Part shown: positions 12,219 through 24,071 of the stretch, piece by piece
Layout: every line of letters starts with the position of its first letter
How positions within the stretch are numbered: position 1 is the first letter of the stretch
DNA from: Pristiophorus japonicus
Lineage: Eukaryota
Assembly (NCBI RefSeq): GCF_044704955.1
Contig: NC_091999.1
Coordinates: 53,692,001-53,756,000, forward strand
Direction of reading: 5' to 3'
Length of the DNA stretch: 64,000 nt
Position numbers and translations under genes: made by a program
Notes under the pieces: model-generated
Database searches by the model: none
Seen by the model: the letters and a program-made list of their open reading frames with translations, nothing else
Told to the model about the DNA's origin: nothing

Positions 12219-12667
12219 AGCCTCGGCTCAGTGGGATCACTCTCGCCTCTGATTGAGAAGGTCACAGATACTAAACCACACTCCAGAGACCTGAGCCAAT
12301 AATCTATTCCGACACGCCCGGTGCCAGTACTGAGGGAGTGCTGCACGGTCAGAGATACCGTCTTTCGGGGGAGACAATAAGATGAGGCCCCATCTTTCTA
12401 CTCAGTTGGTTTTAAGGGATTCATGGCACTATACTGAAGAGCAGATGAGTTATCCAGGGTTTCCAGCGCAAATATTTATTCTTCAACCAATAACTGAAAA
12501 ACAAATTACCTGATCAATATTTCATGCTCTTTGTGGGAGCTTGCTGTGCACATTAACGTTTCCTACATTACAACAGTGAGCACACTTCCAAAGTAATTCA
12601 TTGGCTGTAAAGCACTTTGGGATATCATGAGGTCAAGAAAGGCATTATATAAATGCATGGTGTTTCT
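12219..12667 (+). mobile_element. Deu-domain SINE (unit 2 copy)
   Basis: Aligns by eye with 1083-1537. Confidence 0.85.
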
Positions 12668-14991
12668 AAATGTCAACACTTGTAAATACAAGTTGAGATA
12701 TGTGAAAAGCTCAGATATTAATGTGATTGTAGGACACTTCTCTGGTCACTGGTTTTACTTTCAATGTTTAGTTTCAATGGGTTAAATCTTCCACGAAATG
12801 GAGATCCAGTAGAATAACAGCCTGTTCAGAGATGTTCCATCAATTTCGGCAGTAGATCATTCAGAACTGAATTATTCATTTTACTATGTATTCCTTTGAT
12901 ATAAATGACATCTGTTCTAAGTGAACAAAACTGAAGCAAACCTCACTCTTGGAGATTTTTCTATTAAAGTTGTACCAACTGTCAATATTTTTACAATAGA
13001 CACTTGTTGTGAGAGGAGACTAATCAAAAAGTGACTCTGTTGATCTGATTTTGCTGCCATGAATACTTCATGGGAACCGGTGAGGCGGTTATGTAAATAA
13101 ACACAGAAATAGAAGTCCTCGATTCGAGTATTGAGTGACAGAAACAATTTAAATGTTTCCCCACCAACACAGCATAGAAATAAGCAGAGAAATAAATGCA
13201 AATTTTCCAACGGATTCCAGTAGCAATTGTTTTGCGGGACGTTTTTCTAAATTATAAGAGAATAAAATAAAGATGATACTCAGGGACAGAATGGGGAAAT
13301 ATTCTATTCACCGTATATAGTAACATCACAAATGTGTCAGTGGAGATTTCCTGTACCCTCTCCCTCTCCTATTTCCATTTTGTGTATTGTCTCTCAAGAA
13401 TGAATAATTGGCCATCTCACACAACTAGATATTAAAATCTAACAAAAGTTTTTCTTGAACCCTAATGATACGCCCCGAACCAACTTCATTGGAATGCGTA
13501 GAGGGGGCTTTAATCCAAGATATGACCTGTGCATTAAACGATCTTGGAGCGTTTGATTTGACAGTGTAGGGAGAGCTTTACTCTGTATTTAAAGTGTGCT
13601 CTACAGTGTCCCTGGGAGTGTTTGATGGGACACTGTGGAGGTCGTTTTACTCTGGATCTGACACATGCTGCACCTGTACTGGGAGTGTTTGATGGGACAG
13701 AGTCGAGGGAGCTTTACAATGTATCTAACCCGTACTGTACCTACCTTTGATGGGGCAGTGTATAGAGTCCATTTTTCTGTATCTAACCCGTACTGTACCT
13801 GTCCTGGGAATGTTTGATTAGACAATGTAGAGGTCGGTTTACTCTGTATCTGACACATGTTGTACCTGACCTGTGATTTACAGTGTTTAGTGCATTAATA
13901 ACGGTGACAGGGTCTAATTTAACATAAACAGAGGCATTGCTTAGTTTAGTAAAGTGAAATGATGGGGCTAGAGTAATATAAACACCGTCCTTGTCTAGTT
14001 TAATATAAACAGAGACAGGGACTTGTACAATATTAATAGTTCGAGTACTGTAATAACTGAGGCAGGACCTAGTGCAGTAATTACTGATACAGAGACATTG
14101 TTTTATTCGTTCCTGTCATGCGGGTGTGAGAGTCATTCGGCCCATACAGACCATGCCGCTCTCTGCAAGAGTATTTCAGCTAGTCCACCCACCCGCACTT
14201 TTCCGTAGCCCTGTGATTGTTCTTTCTTCAGGAACTTATCCAATTCCATGCCATGATTGAATCTGTCTCCACCACTCATTCAGGCAGTGCAATCAACGCC
14301 AAAATTAATTGTCTATCCATAATTGATCTTGAGAAGCAGGTGGTGAGCTGCCCCTTTGACCTGCTGTAGACCGTGTGGTGAAGGCACTGCCACAGTGTTA
14401 GGGAGCGGGTTCCACGAATTTGAACCAGCGACTATGAAGCTATGGTAATAAATTTCCAAGTCAGGATGGTATTTGATTTGGAGGCGAACTTGGAGGTGAT
14501 GGTGTTCCCAGGAGCCTGCTGCTTTTCTTCTTCTAGGTGAAAGAAGTCGTAGGTTTTGAAAGTGCTGTCGAAGATGTTTTGGCGAGTTGCTCCAATGCAT
14601 CTTGTGGAGAGTAATCACTGCAGACATGGTGCGCTGGTGGTGGGGGGAGGGAATATTTAACGTGGTGGCTGCGGTAATATAAACTGGAACAGGGTCTAGC
14701 ATAGTAATAACTGAGACAGTTCCTGGTGTATTATAGAACTATAGAATTGCAACACAGAAAATAGTCATTCGGCCGATATAGACCATGCCGCTCTCTGCAA
14801 GAGTATTTCAGCTAGTCCACTCCCTTGCCATTTCCCGAAGTCCTATGATTGTTCTTCCTTCAGAACTTATCCAATTCCATGCCATGATTGAATCTGTCTC
14901 CACCACTCTTTCAGGCAGTGCATTACAGATCCTAATTTTTCCTCGTGTTGATTTAGGTTGTTCTGCCAATTGCGCTAAATCTGTATCCTCT

Positions 14992-15567
14992 TGTCGAGGA
15001 AACTTAGCTTAAATTAACTCAGGCGGAGACTTTCAGAATTTGCTTCGAGAGCAGTTTATTACTAAAACTAGCAAGATATCTTGGAGAGCCCGCTTAGTCC
15101 GTACCAAGGCAGAACTCTGAAGTTTAACAGGCAAATATGCTCTATTCTTATACTATTGAAACAGGAATTTTATCTGTAACTTACCACTCAAGTACATTAT
15201 TCATACATTCTTTGTAAATGCCATCAAAGCAAGAACTTTATCTAAAACTCCACACATAAACATTATTCATATATTCCGTGAGTACAAAGGTCATCTATTA
15301 CACATGAGCATTATTCATACATTACAAAGGTCATCCCGGTAGGCACATTTTATCTCTTTCTTGCATAGTTTCTCCCTGTCCTTTTTTGATAACCAGCTAT
15401 CTGGATACTCATATAAACACCAGATAGTCATGTATATAGAATTTTCTGTTCTTTGAGGTTGATAAGGTTCGGTAATTCTCTCCAGCTTCGTGAATTGTAC
15501 AGAGTCAGCAAAAGCGAACTTAACCCTTCCTTCAACCTAGGACAAGGATTGGGTTTCTTCTTCTACA
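14992..15567 (-). repeat. ERV 3' LTR (576 bp; TGTAG...CGACA)
   Basis: TG...CA termini on the - strand; AATAAA at 15060-15055; matches 24072-24643. Confidence 0.96.
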
Positions 15568-17672
15568 ACTCCCTCCTTGTTGATCCTTTTCAGATCAACA
15601 TTTTCCCATATGTTGGAAAAAAGGGGCTCATATCCATCCGGGTAGGGTCGCATTTCCAGGCATTTCTCCTCATCGTAATCATCGATATTTTCTTCTATGC
15701 GATTTAACCTTTCTTTTATGAACACACCCTTTCTTTCTACTCTGGATACTAGGCTCATTACTTGACCCATCAATTTTTTCACTTTTAACCATATTGCACA
15801 AATGATTATCAATAGCGCAAGCATAACTGCACCCATGATTACTATGGGGTGTATAGCCAGTTTCAATATGGCTGAGGCCCTTGGGGACCATCCGTAAAAC
15901 ACATCCCACCAGTGGCGGTCTGTTAAGGCGGTGACCTCATCAGCGATTCTTACTAGTTGTCCCTTCCTGTAAGTCATTTCAATTCTAAACTGGTGGATGT
16001 CTCTTCCTCGTTTAGAAAGAGCTTCCTCAATTTGCTTGTCATTACGTATCAAATTGTGCAGTCTGGTCAGATTAATTATAGTGGGTAGGGGGTCAATCCT
16101 GTGCACAGAGAGGTATTTTTTAACATTTTGCCATTGCCCAAAGGTATAGGTTCTTTTTTCTTCAGGGTCATACAAGGTGTATACTTCTCTTACACAAGTA
16201 TTAATGGGGGGCCTATATAGAATTCCATCCAGATAGACCGATTTATTTTCCGTCATACAGACTTCATTCGGACCAATTTCTGCAATCTCAGTGTCATTTG
16301 TCGGCCTCAGTTCCCACTTACATACTCCCGTGGGGTGTTTCAATGTACATGGTTCGTAAATGACAGTCTGATAGGGGCAGACCATCCCGAATGGCCATCT
16401 ATCACATCCCCTATGGTGATGAGTCAAATTCTTTTCATCGACCCAATCTCCTTTAAACTCCGGATACCAGAAATTCTGTCCAAACAACTGGGGCATTACT
16501 TGAAACTGACACCAACTTTCTTGCTTTGTCCTAGTTACTGTTTCCATAGTTATATTACATCCGTTTGAATCACAACTGGTATATCTTTCTTGGGGCTTAA
16601 TAGTTAAATTAAGAAGCTTATCCTTCTGATTGATTCTTAACAACCTTTCCCATGTGTCAGCATGGAAGGACAATATTTTCCTCTCCAGCTCGGCTCTCAA
16701 TAGCTGCCTGATCAGTTCTCTAAACATGCACTGGGAGTACTTATTTATTCCCTGCTGCTCCTTCATCAGGTTCTCCATCTCCTTTTCTATCCTTTCATTC
16801 TGCTTCCAGGTCATTTTGTCCGTTACGTAACCTGATACTTGTAGTTGTTGCAACCCTTCATCCCAGGCGTTCCTTATTCTTATGCCTTCTCCTACCAGTC
16901 CTCCGACGACCTGGATCTTATTTTGTAGGGCCTCAATGTCCATAGTGTTTAATGCTCCTATCCCGGCTCCTATCCCACCTAGCACAGTCCCTAACACATC
17001 CTGTTTCTTTCTCGGAGGCTTCTCTATTCTAAACGACACTTCAACATTAGTGGTGTTGCAGCCGCCTTTTTCTTTTGGAGGATATTTAATTTGAACTGTT
17101 AAATTTAATACTCCTGGGGACCTTACCACGGGGATGCAGGTGGTCAGCATCCCTTTCAAGTGTCCCGGAACTTTTGGGGAATGCTTATTTTGGTTGTGGG
17201 TCCACTGTTTAATATAAGTTATTCCGTTTATTATTTTTGTGAGATTCATACACTTTACCCATTCGCATCTTCCTATTAAGAAGTGACAATTCTCCTCTGG
17301 TCCACATAATGTGCCATTGGTTTCCTGATTCTCACCTTGGTCCGTGCTGCTCAGGCAATTCATGTCCACCTCCCAGTTTAGAGATATATTAAATCCTTCC
17401 TCACTGGTCACTTTCACCTCTCCTGATTGCTGATCTATTCCTACTCAGCAAGCTTTACACCTCACTGTGAAATTCCCTATCTTGCAGTTTTTTCGTTCTG
17501 GGCATATAAAGTTGCCTTGCTGCGTCGTCTTATCAATTTTCTACCACTTCACATCTCCCTTCCATACCTTCCCTTCTTCAAGTAATTCTTCCTCCTGTCT
17601 GACTCTCCTTACTGCTAAAAGGATTCGAACGCCCAGTGTCCATTTATAGTTCTTCCAACAATCCCACCTCAT
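15537..17672 (-). pseudogene. env: ERV envelope glycoprotein; probable ATG 17672, in-frame stops at 17543 and 17447, then 636 open codons
   Basis: RKKQ (degenerate furin site, 17012-17001) plus fusion peptide DVLGTVLGGIGAGIGALN, heptad region, Cys-rich region, HWWDVFYGWSP, TM HPIVIMGAVMLALLIIICAIWL, YEPL tail; ends 31 nt inside the LTR. Confidence 0.9.
15569..15578 (-). promoter_or_regulatory. Polypurine tract (AAGGAGGGAG)
   Basis: Purine run one base before the TG of the 3' LTR. Confidence 0.85.
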
Positions 17673-17884
17673 CTTCTCTTTTCTGTTTATTCCGATAACA
17701 CTCTTGAACTAGTTCGTTACAATAACCACACGCAAGCACGAAAGTAACAGTAACCAGAACAATGAAGGCCCAAGTTGGCGCACAAATGAGTTCGGATATT
17801 CGGCCCTGGATATAAGGGCAGGTACAGTTCTTTTAGCGAGAAGATGGCTGTTTTCTTAGTCGGGCAACCGTAGCTCGTCCTGGT

Positions 17885-20800
17885 TCAATTCTTTGCTTTC
17901 GGCTGTGATTCGTCGGGGAAATAATATTTACAACGGGTCGCATGCACCCAGTTCGGGTGCTTTTCCAACTTCAAAGCGGTTCGTGTTGTGAGGATGATCT
18001 GATATGGTCCTTTCCACCGAGGAGAAAAGGATTCTTTGTTTAAAGTTTTTACTAACACTTGCTCTCCAGGCCTAAAAGGGTGCATATTTCCTTCCGACGG
18101 GGGCACCTGTGTCTGCTTTATTTGTTCGTGCAGACTCCTTGCTATTTCACACATGGCTTGAGCATACTTTAATGATTTTTCATCATTCCAAATTAATGCT
18201 ATTTTTATAGCCACCAATGGTGGTTTTACGCCGGTAGGCATGGGTCTTCCCAGCAAGGCTTCATGTGGTGTCAAACCGGTATTTCGGTTCCTTTGGTTTC
18301 TTATCGTATACAGCACCAAAGGTAAGGCATCTGGCCACTTTAGTCCTGTCTCCTGACATACCTTGGTGAGGGTAGATTTTATTATCCCATTTACTCGCTC
18401 TACAATTCCTGAGGACTGTGGCTGATATGCTATATGTAACCTCCACTGGAATCCTAATGCTTCTGCAAGATTTTTCACTACTTTTCCTGTGAAGTGTGTT
18501 CCCCTGTCACTGTTAATTCCCATAGGTATCCCATATCTTGGTACTATTTCTTTAAATAGAATTTTTACTACTGTTCGGGCATCGTCTTTCCTGGTGGCGG
18601 ATGCTTCCACCCACCTCGTGGACATATCTACTATGACTAATAGGTACTTGAGACCTGATACTGGAGGCAAGTGAACAAAATCAATTTGTAAATTTTCAAA
18701 GGGCATACTTGGTTGGGGTAGATGATCATATTCAGCAGGTGTTTTACCTCTGTTATTTTGTTGACAAATTTGGCATGTTCTAGCACCTTTTCAATGATCA
18801 CTGTTATTCCTGGTGCATACCACTGTGCATTAATAGCTTGTATCATCCCTCCCTTGCCCATGTGAGCCTGACCGTGTGCTAGGCGAGACAGGGGCAAAAA
18901 TAGAGATCTTGGGCAAACAGTTCGCCCATCAGGGTGATACCAGATGTCGTTTTTCAGAAAACAAGTCTGGTTTTCCCAAGTCCTTCTTTCTTGCATGGTA
19001 ACTTGTTGCTGGGCTGTTTTAAGTAGTTTGGTGTCAAGTGTCTGTGGAAGGGAGACTGAGACTGCTTGAAGGCAGTTTGTCTGTGCCAAAGCGGCCTGTT
19101 TGGCTGCCTCGTCAGCCCTCCTATTTCCTACCGACACTGCATCCTTACCGGTTGTGTGAGCTGCACATTTGATAACGGCCACCCTACTTGGCAACTGAAT
19201 GGCGTCTAATAAATTAAGCACCAATTGAGAGTGCTTAATATGCTTTCCTCCAGAGGTGATAAAGCCTCTGTTTTTCCATAGTTGTCCAAAATCATGGACC
19301 ACACCAAATGCATATCTAAAATCAGTATAGGTCTTGGCAGTTTGATCTTTTGCTATTATACAAGCTCTGGTGAGGGCAAACAATTCAGCAGCCTGAGCCG
19401 AGGTTCCGGGAGGCAGGGCAAATGCTTCAACAGTTTCATGGGGGTTTACGATTGCATAGCCTGCCAAGAGTAAATCATCTGACGGCCTGTTCGACGATCC
19501 ATCTGTGTAGAGAATGAGATCAGGATTGTCCATAGGCTCTGTGAGCAAATCTGGTCTTGGCAAGGTGGCTATTTCCACTGTTAATAGACAATCATGCTGG
19601 TCTGGATCTTCTACTTCAGTAGTAGGAAGGAAAGTGGCTGGGTTTCCTACTGGTGCGCCCCGAAAGGTGTAATTAGGATGTGACAGCAGCAATACCTCAT
19701 AACCGGTTCTTCTAGATGCTGTAAAATGTTGTGTGGCAGCGGAATTCAACAGTAATAACACAGCGTGAGCTGTCACGACAGTGCATGGATAGTCCAAAAC
19801 AATAGGTACCGACTTCTCAACCATGACCGCGGTGGCTGCTACGGCACGCAGACATGCTGGCATTCCGTTTACCACTGGAGGCAGCAAAACCGAATAATAA
19901 GTCACTGGTCTATTTCCCCCACCGTGTTCTTGGGTTAGTACGGCTGTTGCGAATCCTTCCTTTTCATTTACATACAGTTGAAAAGGTTTTCCATAATTTG
20001 GAAGTCCCAGCGCCGGGGCATTAGTGATCGCTTTCTTTAACTGTTTGAATGCTTCCTCCCTCTCAGGGGTCCATTCCACCTTGGGTGGGGCATCATTCAG
20101 TGCAGCTGATCTTAGGACTGCATCCCATTCCCGATAATCAGGGATAAATTGTCTACAGTACACAACCATCCCCAAAAATGACAAGATATCCTTCTTTGTC
20201 TTAGGTATGGTGGCTTTTTGAATTGTCTGAATTATTTCTGGTCCTATGTGCCTTTGCCCTCGAGATATGCGAAAACCCAGGTACTGGACTTGAGTCTGAC
20301 AACATTGTAACTTTTGTAACGACACTCGGTGCCCTCTTTCACATAGGTGTTGTAATAGTTTCAGGGAGTCCTGCATACAACTATATCCGTGGTTGGAAGC
20401 CACAAGCAAATCGTCCGCATACTGCAGCAGTATGGCATGGTCTGAAAAGGTACAATCTTCGAGGTCTCTCTTTACTGCAGCGGCATACACTGCGGGGCTT
20501 TCTGTATACCCTTGGGGCAACCTGGTCCAGCTGTACTGCTGTTTTTTGTAGGTGTAGGCAAACAGATACTGACTCTCTTGACTTAATGGGATGGAGAAAA
20601 AGGCTCAGCACAGATCTACCACCGTAAAGACAGTTGCTGTTGGTGGGATAGCAGATAGTATAATGTTGGTGTCCGGTACCACAGGGGTGATAGGGACCAC
20701 TATCTTGTTAATAGCTCTCAGATCTTGCACAAATCTCCACTCATTTGGCCTATTAACCTTCGGTATGGGCAGTATCGGAGTGTTACACGGGCTCTGTGTC

Positions 20801-22017
20801 TTTTCTTGAACTCCTTGATCCAACAATGCAGAAATGACTGGCTTTATCCCATCTTCCGCCTCTGGAGGCAGTCTGTACTGCCTAATGCTTGGTAACACGG
20901 CGTTCTTTATCAATTGTACCCGATGGGGTACTGCAGACTCTACTTTCCCAACATGATTCTTATGTTTTGCCTAAAGTTCCGAAGATACTTGATTCAATGC
21001 CATTGGCAGCTTAGGGCTCGGTTGCTCAGGGGACTGCTGTTTTTTAAAAGTGGAGGCATGACCCTTACCCTTCCACCAGAGAATCCCACTATTGCGGGTG
21101 ATACATTCTATCTGAACAGTTTGTAATCCTATTACTGCCCAAGGTTTATAATCTGGTTGCTGTTTTTCATTATCGATTTCCACGATCATTGGACCCATAT
21201 CTCTGGGATTCGCCGGCGGTTTTACGGCTAATGTCAAATGGGGTGTCGAGTTTTCTTCTTTAAACCGCTCCTGCTGTAATGGTGTCAAATCCATGGCTAC
21301 CCCTAATCCTTCTGGTCCGAAATAGATACGGGGTGTGGCTTCTATTATCTCTTCTTTGTTGAGAGAGGGCTGTATTAAGCACTGGTAAGTTTCAGCTTTC
21401 TGTCGAGTGTACCAGGCTGTGCAGTGAAGCTGAACTGCCTCAAAGCTTGTTAAAATTATATACATCAATTCTTCGGTATTAGAGTCGAATTTAGTTTTGA
21501 ATTTTTGTATTATCTCATGTATAAAAGGGGAATAGAAGTTGCCATTCAACTGCCAATAATAGAGAGTCGCCGTTTCTTTGCTCTCTTCCCCCTTTTCCCC
21601 CTCAGTCCCTTTGAGGAATTGATGGATTTTATTAGGTGGGAGTTCCATGAACATTCCCTCCTGTGTACAATAAATTGTGGCTCCCAATTTACATAAAGTC
21701 TGTCGTCCTAATAAAGGGAGAGGCGCTGTTTTAGAGACTATCAAAGCTTCGTCATTAACCTGTTGTCCTTCAATAATCAATCTGGTAGGTTCAGATAAAA
21801 AATATTTCATGGGGATACCGGCCACGCCCATGCTTAAGACGGTTGTGTTGCTTACAGATAATCCCACAGAGGGTGGTACAGAAGACATAGTAGCACCGGT
21901 ATCCACCAGGAACTTCACATAAGTGTTCCCTATTTTTACTACTGCTGGAGGGTTTTCTTCTATGTCGGCTGATAAGCGGAGGGCTGCCGCTTGTACCACC
22001 ATGCCTCCGGGGCATCC
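17885..22017 (-). pseudogene. pol: ERV pro-pol: protease, 2H phosphodiesterase, RT, RNase H, integrase; stops at 20973 and 20607, frameshift near 18778
   Basis: FLVDTGA (D codon at 21903), LLGR, LPQGYTESP, QYADDLL (YADD 20421-20410), YTDGS/SAQAAEL/IKCAAH, H..H..CQIC, IDF/SDRG/VER integrase core, WKGPY. ORFs 20971..22002, 20605..20913 and 18637..20520 share one frame. Confidence 0.97.
21040..21570 (-). other. CNPase-like 2H phosphodiesterase domain inside Pol
   Basis: Two HxT motifs, LHCTAWY (His codon 21426) and PHLTLAV (His codon 21240), 62 aa apart, with intervening IYFGPEGLGVAMDL matching the vertebrate CNPase pattern. Confidence 0.85.
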
Positions 22018-23723
22018 CTATGCTGATTGGTGTGGGTTGGGGTTCGAGAACGAAAACTGAGGGATCAATGAAGGTGGAGGTTCGGGCAAGTTCCCTTGTA
22101 ACCTTCCAGGCTGCTTCGGTGGGCATCTGCAATCCCGGGCCCAATGTCCTTTTCTTCCACAATTTCTACACTCATCTTGGGATCGATCTCGTGATTCCCA
22201 CTGTATCTTCCCCTTCCTCGTCCTTATCCCCCAAACCCTCCTTTATTATTCTGTGTGTACCCTCTTCCTTTTTGCTGATAGTATTGACCTGTCGTTTTGG
22301 CCTTATTGTCTCTGTAGGTGAATAGTCCCTCTCTATCCATATTGGCTAGTACTGTAATGGTCTCTTTCCAACCGTTTCCTTGCCAGTCTAGAACCTTTAT
22401 ATTATAGGTTCTCGCGTGTTGTTGAAACATACAATTTAACAAGGTTTGTACTGCCAATGGTTCATGTTGATCCATGGGTATTCTGGCATGTTCGTCCCAA
22501 CTATTTTTCCATCTGCCGGCGAAGTCTATCATTGATTCTTCGGCCTTCTGTAAGCAGCGGGTGACTTCCCCTATATCCCCATGCTTTTTAGCCCCTTGCA
22601 TAACTGCATTCTTTCCTCGGTGTTTCAGCCAATGGTTTAATGACTCATTGCCGGCCTCTACCAAGTCATCATTAACTCTCCAGTCTCCGTGTTCCCCTGC
22701 TGGGATGGGGAACATATCCTTTACCCCCTGCCAGGAAGATCCATAGGCTGCTTGCAATAGTAATTTAACATCTCCTCGGAGTGGATTGTAAATTGTACAT
22801 GTTTACTCAAGCCAGTTGTGGAATGCTACCGGTTTCTTCACCGGATTTGGGGCGGCCGAGATCATATCTCTGGCTTCTCCGGGGGACCATGGTTTTAAGA
22901 CTGCAGTAGTTCCTATTATTACCCGAGGCAGTTGTACAGTAGAATCGGCCTGTGCCTGTTCTCCTTCTCGTTCTCTGGCCGTTTGCAGCCTTGTTGGATA
23001 GGGATTTCTTTCTCCCTGGTCCCAACTTACTTCTCCGTGCTCTATAGGTCTAGCTTCCCCTGCCCCTGATGCTTCCGGGTTTACTCCACCGGCCCCGTCA
23101 TTAGGTGACCGAGCCGGAGGGGCTGCTAGTTCCCTCGGAGCTTGATTTCTATGGGCAGTGATTATTTCTATAAGTTCCTGCCAGCTATCTTGTTTTGGGG
23201 GTTTTATGCGAGGGTAAAGTCCTACTACAGGTGCTGAGGGGATAGGAAAACCCGGAGGACTGTAAGAGGGAGGGTTTTCACCTTTTCCCTTTTCTTTTCC
23301 TTCCGGTTTAATTTTGGGGGGTTGATGCCTCTTGGCAACCTCTGTCCATTTTTTAAAACAGTTTTCCATGTAGTCCTTATCCCATGTAGGATCTCCCCCT
23401 TCTTCTCTGGTTATTTTTCTCCATTCCTCTATTAAGGATAACTTAAAACTTCCTCCATACGGCCAGTCCCCATCAGACCAACCGTACAAATCGCTGCTAA
23501 ACGTTACCGCGTATCTGTCGTCTCCGGTTTCTTTAATTACAGTGTCCGCCGGCGAGACGGGCGGCACGATGGGATCTCCTACCTTCTCTCGTTGCTTTAT
23601 TACCTTACGGATTTTCTTCTCGGTTTGAGGATTTAACTTCATTCTTTCAGTCGAGGGATCGTCCTTCTTTCCTTCTCTAGGAACTAGGCGTAAGCGCCCT
23701 GCTCGACTAGAGCCATTTCCCAT
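22018..23723 (-). pseudogene. gag: ERV gag; stops at 22805 and 22226, frameshift between ~22200 and 22170; terminal TAG in frame with pro
   Basis: MGNGSS myristoylation signal, WPYGGSF matrix motif, PPSY/PSAP/LYPRI late motifs, QKAEESMIDFAGR MHR-like motif, CRNCGRKGHWARDC knuckle (22170-22129), TAG GGA TGC CCC readthrough context. Confidence 0.95.
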
Positions 23724-24048
23724 TATTCCGGGTGCAACTTCTCGCGGTTTTTTTTCGGAAATGAGAGTTAGAACACTCCTACAAAATATACAATAATTTA
23801 CAAAAGCGCTCACCGGTGTTCTCTTTTCCGCTCAGCTCGGAGTCTCCTTTGTGCCTTTTTGTTACTTTAGCTTCTTTACGGTAGCTACCTTAAATGCCTC
23901 ACCCCCTCCAGGGGATCTCGGCGGCCTGTCCTTTGTCTTTTGGACTGCCTAGGTACCTTCCTCCTTTCAGCTAGGAAGGTCCTCTTTTTAATTCCTCTTT
24001 TCTTTAAAAGTGACATTTTAGTTATTTTTTGGATCTCGTTTAAAAGTG

Positions 24049-24066
24049 ATCCTGCCGACTACACCA
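24049..24066 (-). promoter_or_regulatory. Primer-binding site, tRNA-Ser
   Basis: + strand ATCCTGCCGACTACACCA is a 17/18 match to the vertebrate tRNA-Ser(AGA/TGA) 3' end ATCCTGCCGACTACGCCA (recalled); 5 nt from the LTR CA. Confidence 0.88.
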
Positions 24067-24071
24067 AAAAC

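Noticed and set aside
15537-17444. Domesticated (syncytin-like) env
   Set aside because: Two upstream in-frame stops cut off the signal peptide and the furin site is mutated; pol has an equally long open stretch, so no selection is implied.
23724-23813. Glyco-Gag-like N-terminal extension from GTG 23813
   Set aside because: The GTG coincides with the likely splice donor and the hydrophobic stretch is short; unsupported without other copies.
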